From Chrysomallon squamiferum (taxonomy: Eukaryota; Animalia; Mollusca): a stretch of DNA of 64,000 nucleotides. The translations under genes and the position numbers were made by a program. Each line of letters starts with the position of its first letter. Position 1 is the first letter of the stretch. Under the pieces are notes generated by a model that saw nothing but the letters and a program-made list of their open reading frames with translations, did not search any database and had not been told where the DNA came from. Positions 61,416 through 64,000 of this stretch are shown here, piece by piece. Location of the stretch: NCBI GenBank assembly GCA_012295275.1, contig CM022674.1, positions 1,054,001 to 1,118,000 on the forward strand, read 5' to 3'.

Positions 61416-62053
61416 CTCGGTTTAATAGCTCTGTTGAGAAAAATCACGATATTAAACAATGAAATAAAATGCTAAATTATACTGGTTAATTTACAAAAGT
61501 AGGTCTGAAGTAATACAGATAGATAAAACGCCATTAACTGACGTTTTTTAAATGCTTCCCGCTTTTTGCATCAGCGCCTTTTTCCGGCCATTTTGTATAA
61601 TGGCCGGAAAATGCCGAAGGGAAGTCGAAATAAATCGCTTCGTTACGAACAAACATTTTTCATTTCCGGACCTTCGCACTTTTTTTCTTTTCTCTTAATT
61701 TCTTTTTCTGTCTTTCTTTCTTTTTATCTTCTTTTTCTTCTTCTTTTAGTTTAGTTTCTTCTTTGTATATTGTGTTATGTTTTTTTTATTTTGTTTTATT
61801 TTTTTTCTTCACATTTTTCATTTGGAACTAGAAACATTTTCGATGTATTATTTGTAATTGCTATACCACTAGATGTAAACTGGTTTACTTCAGTCATTAT
61901 AATCATCATCATCATCATCATCATTTTATTTTTACTTTTATTGCTATTGCTACTGATGATGTTCCACTGTTATCTTTATTATCATTTTCTTTTAAAGGGA
62001 AGACTCTGTTAAAAACTTGTACTAAAAAGTGTGTGAGTCACGAAGCGAGACAC

Positions 62054-62084
<31 letters not shown>

Positions 62085-62624
62085 GTGGGAGGCACGGAGA
62101 CGAAGGACAGACACAAAGATATAAACAGATTATGAAAGGGATTCATTGATCACTGAAGATTAAAAAAAAAAAAAAAAAAAAGAAATCAGAGATCAAGAAA
62201 ACAACAGATAAAAAATAAAAATAAAAAATAATAATAATAAATAATATAAATAACAAAAATAGCAATACGTTGCAGTAACAATGGAACTATGTTGCATTTT
62301 GCAAAACTAATCTAATCAGCAAAACACCTTTGATTATCTTTCACTGCGGATGCCTGCAATTTTCTTTCTCTTTCGTCCGAGGTTTTATTTTCTGACTAAT
62401 TCCGCCTTCGCCAGACTCCGCAACATCTATTTACGTGTTCTAATGACAGCTTTCAATTGCAGCTTTATCTACTACGACGACACCGACGAAGACTCTTCAT
62501 CCGGACGTCATCGCTGCAAAATTAATGCCTGTCACGACGTACTTGCTAGTTAGCATACAATGATCACTGAAATCAGATCTGATGGTGCACTCAGCAAAAC
62601 TCTTTGTTAGGCTGGTTATCAAAG

Positions 62625-62656
<32 letters not shown>

Positions 62657-63317
62657 AGACATAGAGCTCGAGACATAATAAAAGTAATTTTGTCAGTCCG
62701 TCCGTCTGTCTGTTGTGGGAATATCTGTGAAGTGAAATCAGTTGTTCTTAATTGTGTGTTTGTTACCAGTATTGAAAGAGAAAATTAACTGACGGTTGAT
62801 GCGAAGCACAGAAGAGGTCGAAAGACACGACTGATGTTCCGAAGGTAAAAATAGTACTAAAAATGTAGTGTTTTGAACAAGAAACAAAAAAGAAGAATTA
62901 AAACAGTAGTTGCAGTAAAGTAGTAGTAGTAAAAATAGTAGTAGTAGTAGTTTTGAATAAAAAAACAACAAAACAAACGTGAAGAATTAAAAGTAGTAGT
63001 AGTAGTAGTAGTAATTGTAGTAGTAGTAGTAGTAGTAATAGTAGTAGTAGAAGTAGTAGAAGTACTGTGGTAGTAGCAGCAGCATAGGAAGCAGAAGATG
63101 AGGAACAGTCGTAGTAGTAGTAGTAATGACAGTTGTAGTAGCTGTAACAGTAATGATAGTACAAATAGTAGTTGTAGTTGTTTGTGTAGCAATAAAACTA
63201 GAAATGCTGGTTGAAGACTAACAATTTGTCAAAATTCCTGTGGTAGCCGGTATGAAGATATCATAATTTTCGAATAATTAAAAGTATGCACATTTTATTG
63301 CAGATCATGTCAGTGAA

Positions 63318-63428
<111 letters not shown>

Positions 63429-64000
63429 TAGATATGAAATATAAATGGAGTTCATATTTAGACTTCTATCCTATTCTCAAATTATCTCCTCATAATTTAT
63501 CAAAATCGGAAATATTCAGAAATCAGTTCAGCTGTTTCTAATTTGTTTCCCAATATTCTCGATGATGAGACAATAAATAGCTTTCATTCTCAGTTCTAAA
63601 CAGACAAAACTCAAATCTAAACGAGATCGTATTTTTATAATTTCAAACACAGGAAGTCGACTCCGCTGAATTTAAGCCAACCATCATTAAAACATGTTCA
63701 CAGTCTCGTTTACAAAGATGCCTTTTGTCTGACAGGACTTCGGATTAATAATTGATATTTTTCATTTCTACGCCTGAAGGCCTTGTCATTAACAACTCCT
63801 TAGCGATATCAGTCGATTAGAAAATATTATCTTTTCAGTTCGATAGACTGATGGCTTCTGTAGACAAAAAAAAAAAATTTGGGTGGTAATAGATGGTGGT
63901 AAATGTATTAAGATGGTTATGTTTTTGGGATCGCATCCCCGGATTTTTCTTCTTGAAAGGCGTTTGCAGTGTTATATTGTGAATCCTCTCTGTTTCATAG

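Overview
AT-rich, microsatellite-dense animal genomic DNA with spliceosomal introns. The composition resembles a mollusc, possibly an octopod cephalopod, but this is inference only. Bases 1-32.3 kb hold five paralogues of one six-coding-exon gene, oriented + + - - -. Each encodes a ~370-380 aa secreted protein with a signal peptide, a PAN/apple domain and a degenerate YWTD/LDLR-class-B-type beta-propeller. I spliced all five by hand, and exon phases are identical (1,1,2,1,2). In the four young copies the PAN domain is almost invariant, even at synonymous sites, while the propeller exons are strongly diverged and mosaic. Copy 4 has a TGG>TGA stop, copy 5 uses a GC-AG intron, and copy 3 has a decayed Mutator-like transposase in intron 5. 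Downstream lie three further genes: (1) a ~1310 aa disordered protein with a degenerate C-terminal macrodomain, broken by a 7-nt deletion in a coding minisatellite; (2) a nine-finger ZFP91/ZNF653/ZNF692-family C2H2 gene, broken by a 1-nt homopolymer deletion; (3) the last exon of a dibasic-processed, amidated neuropeptide-like precursor. Most other ORFs in the track are microsatellite or antisense artefacts.
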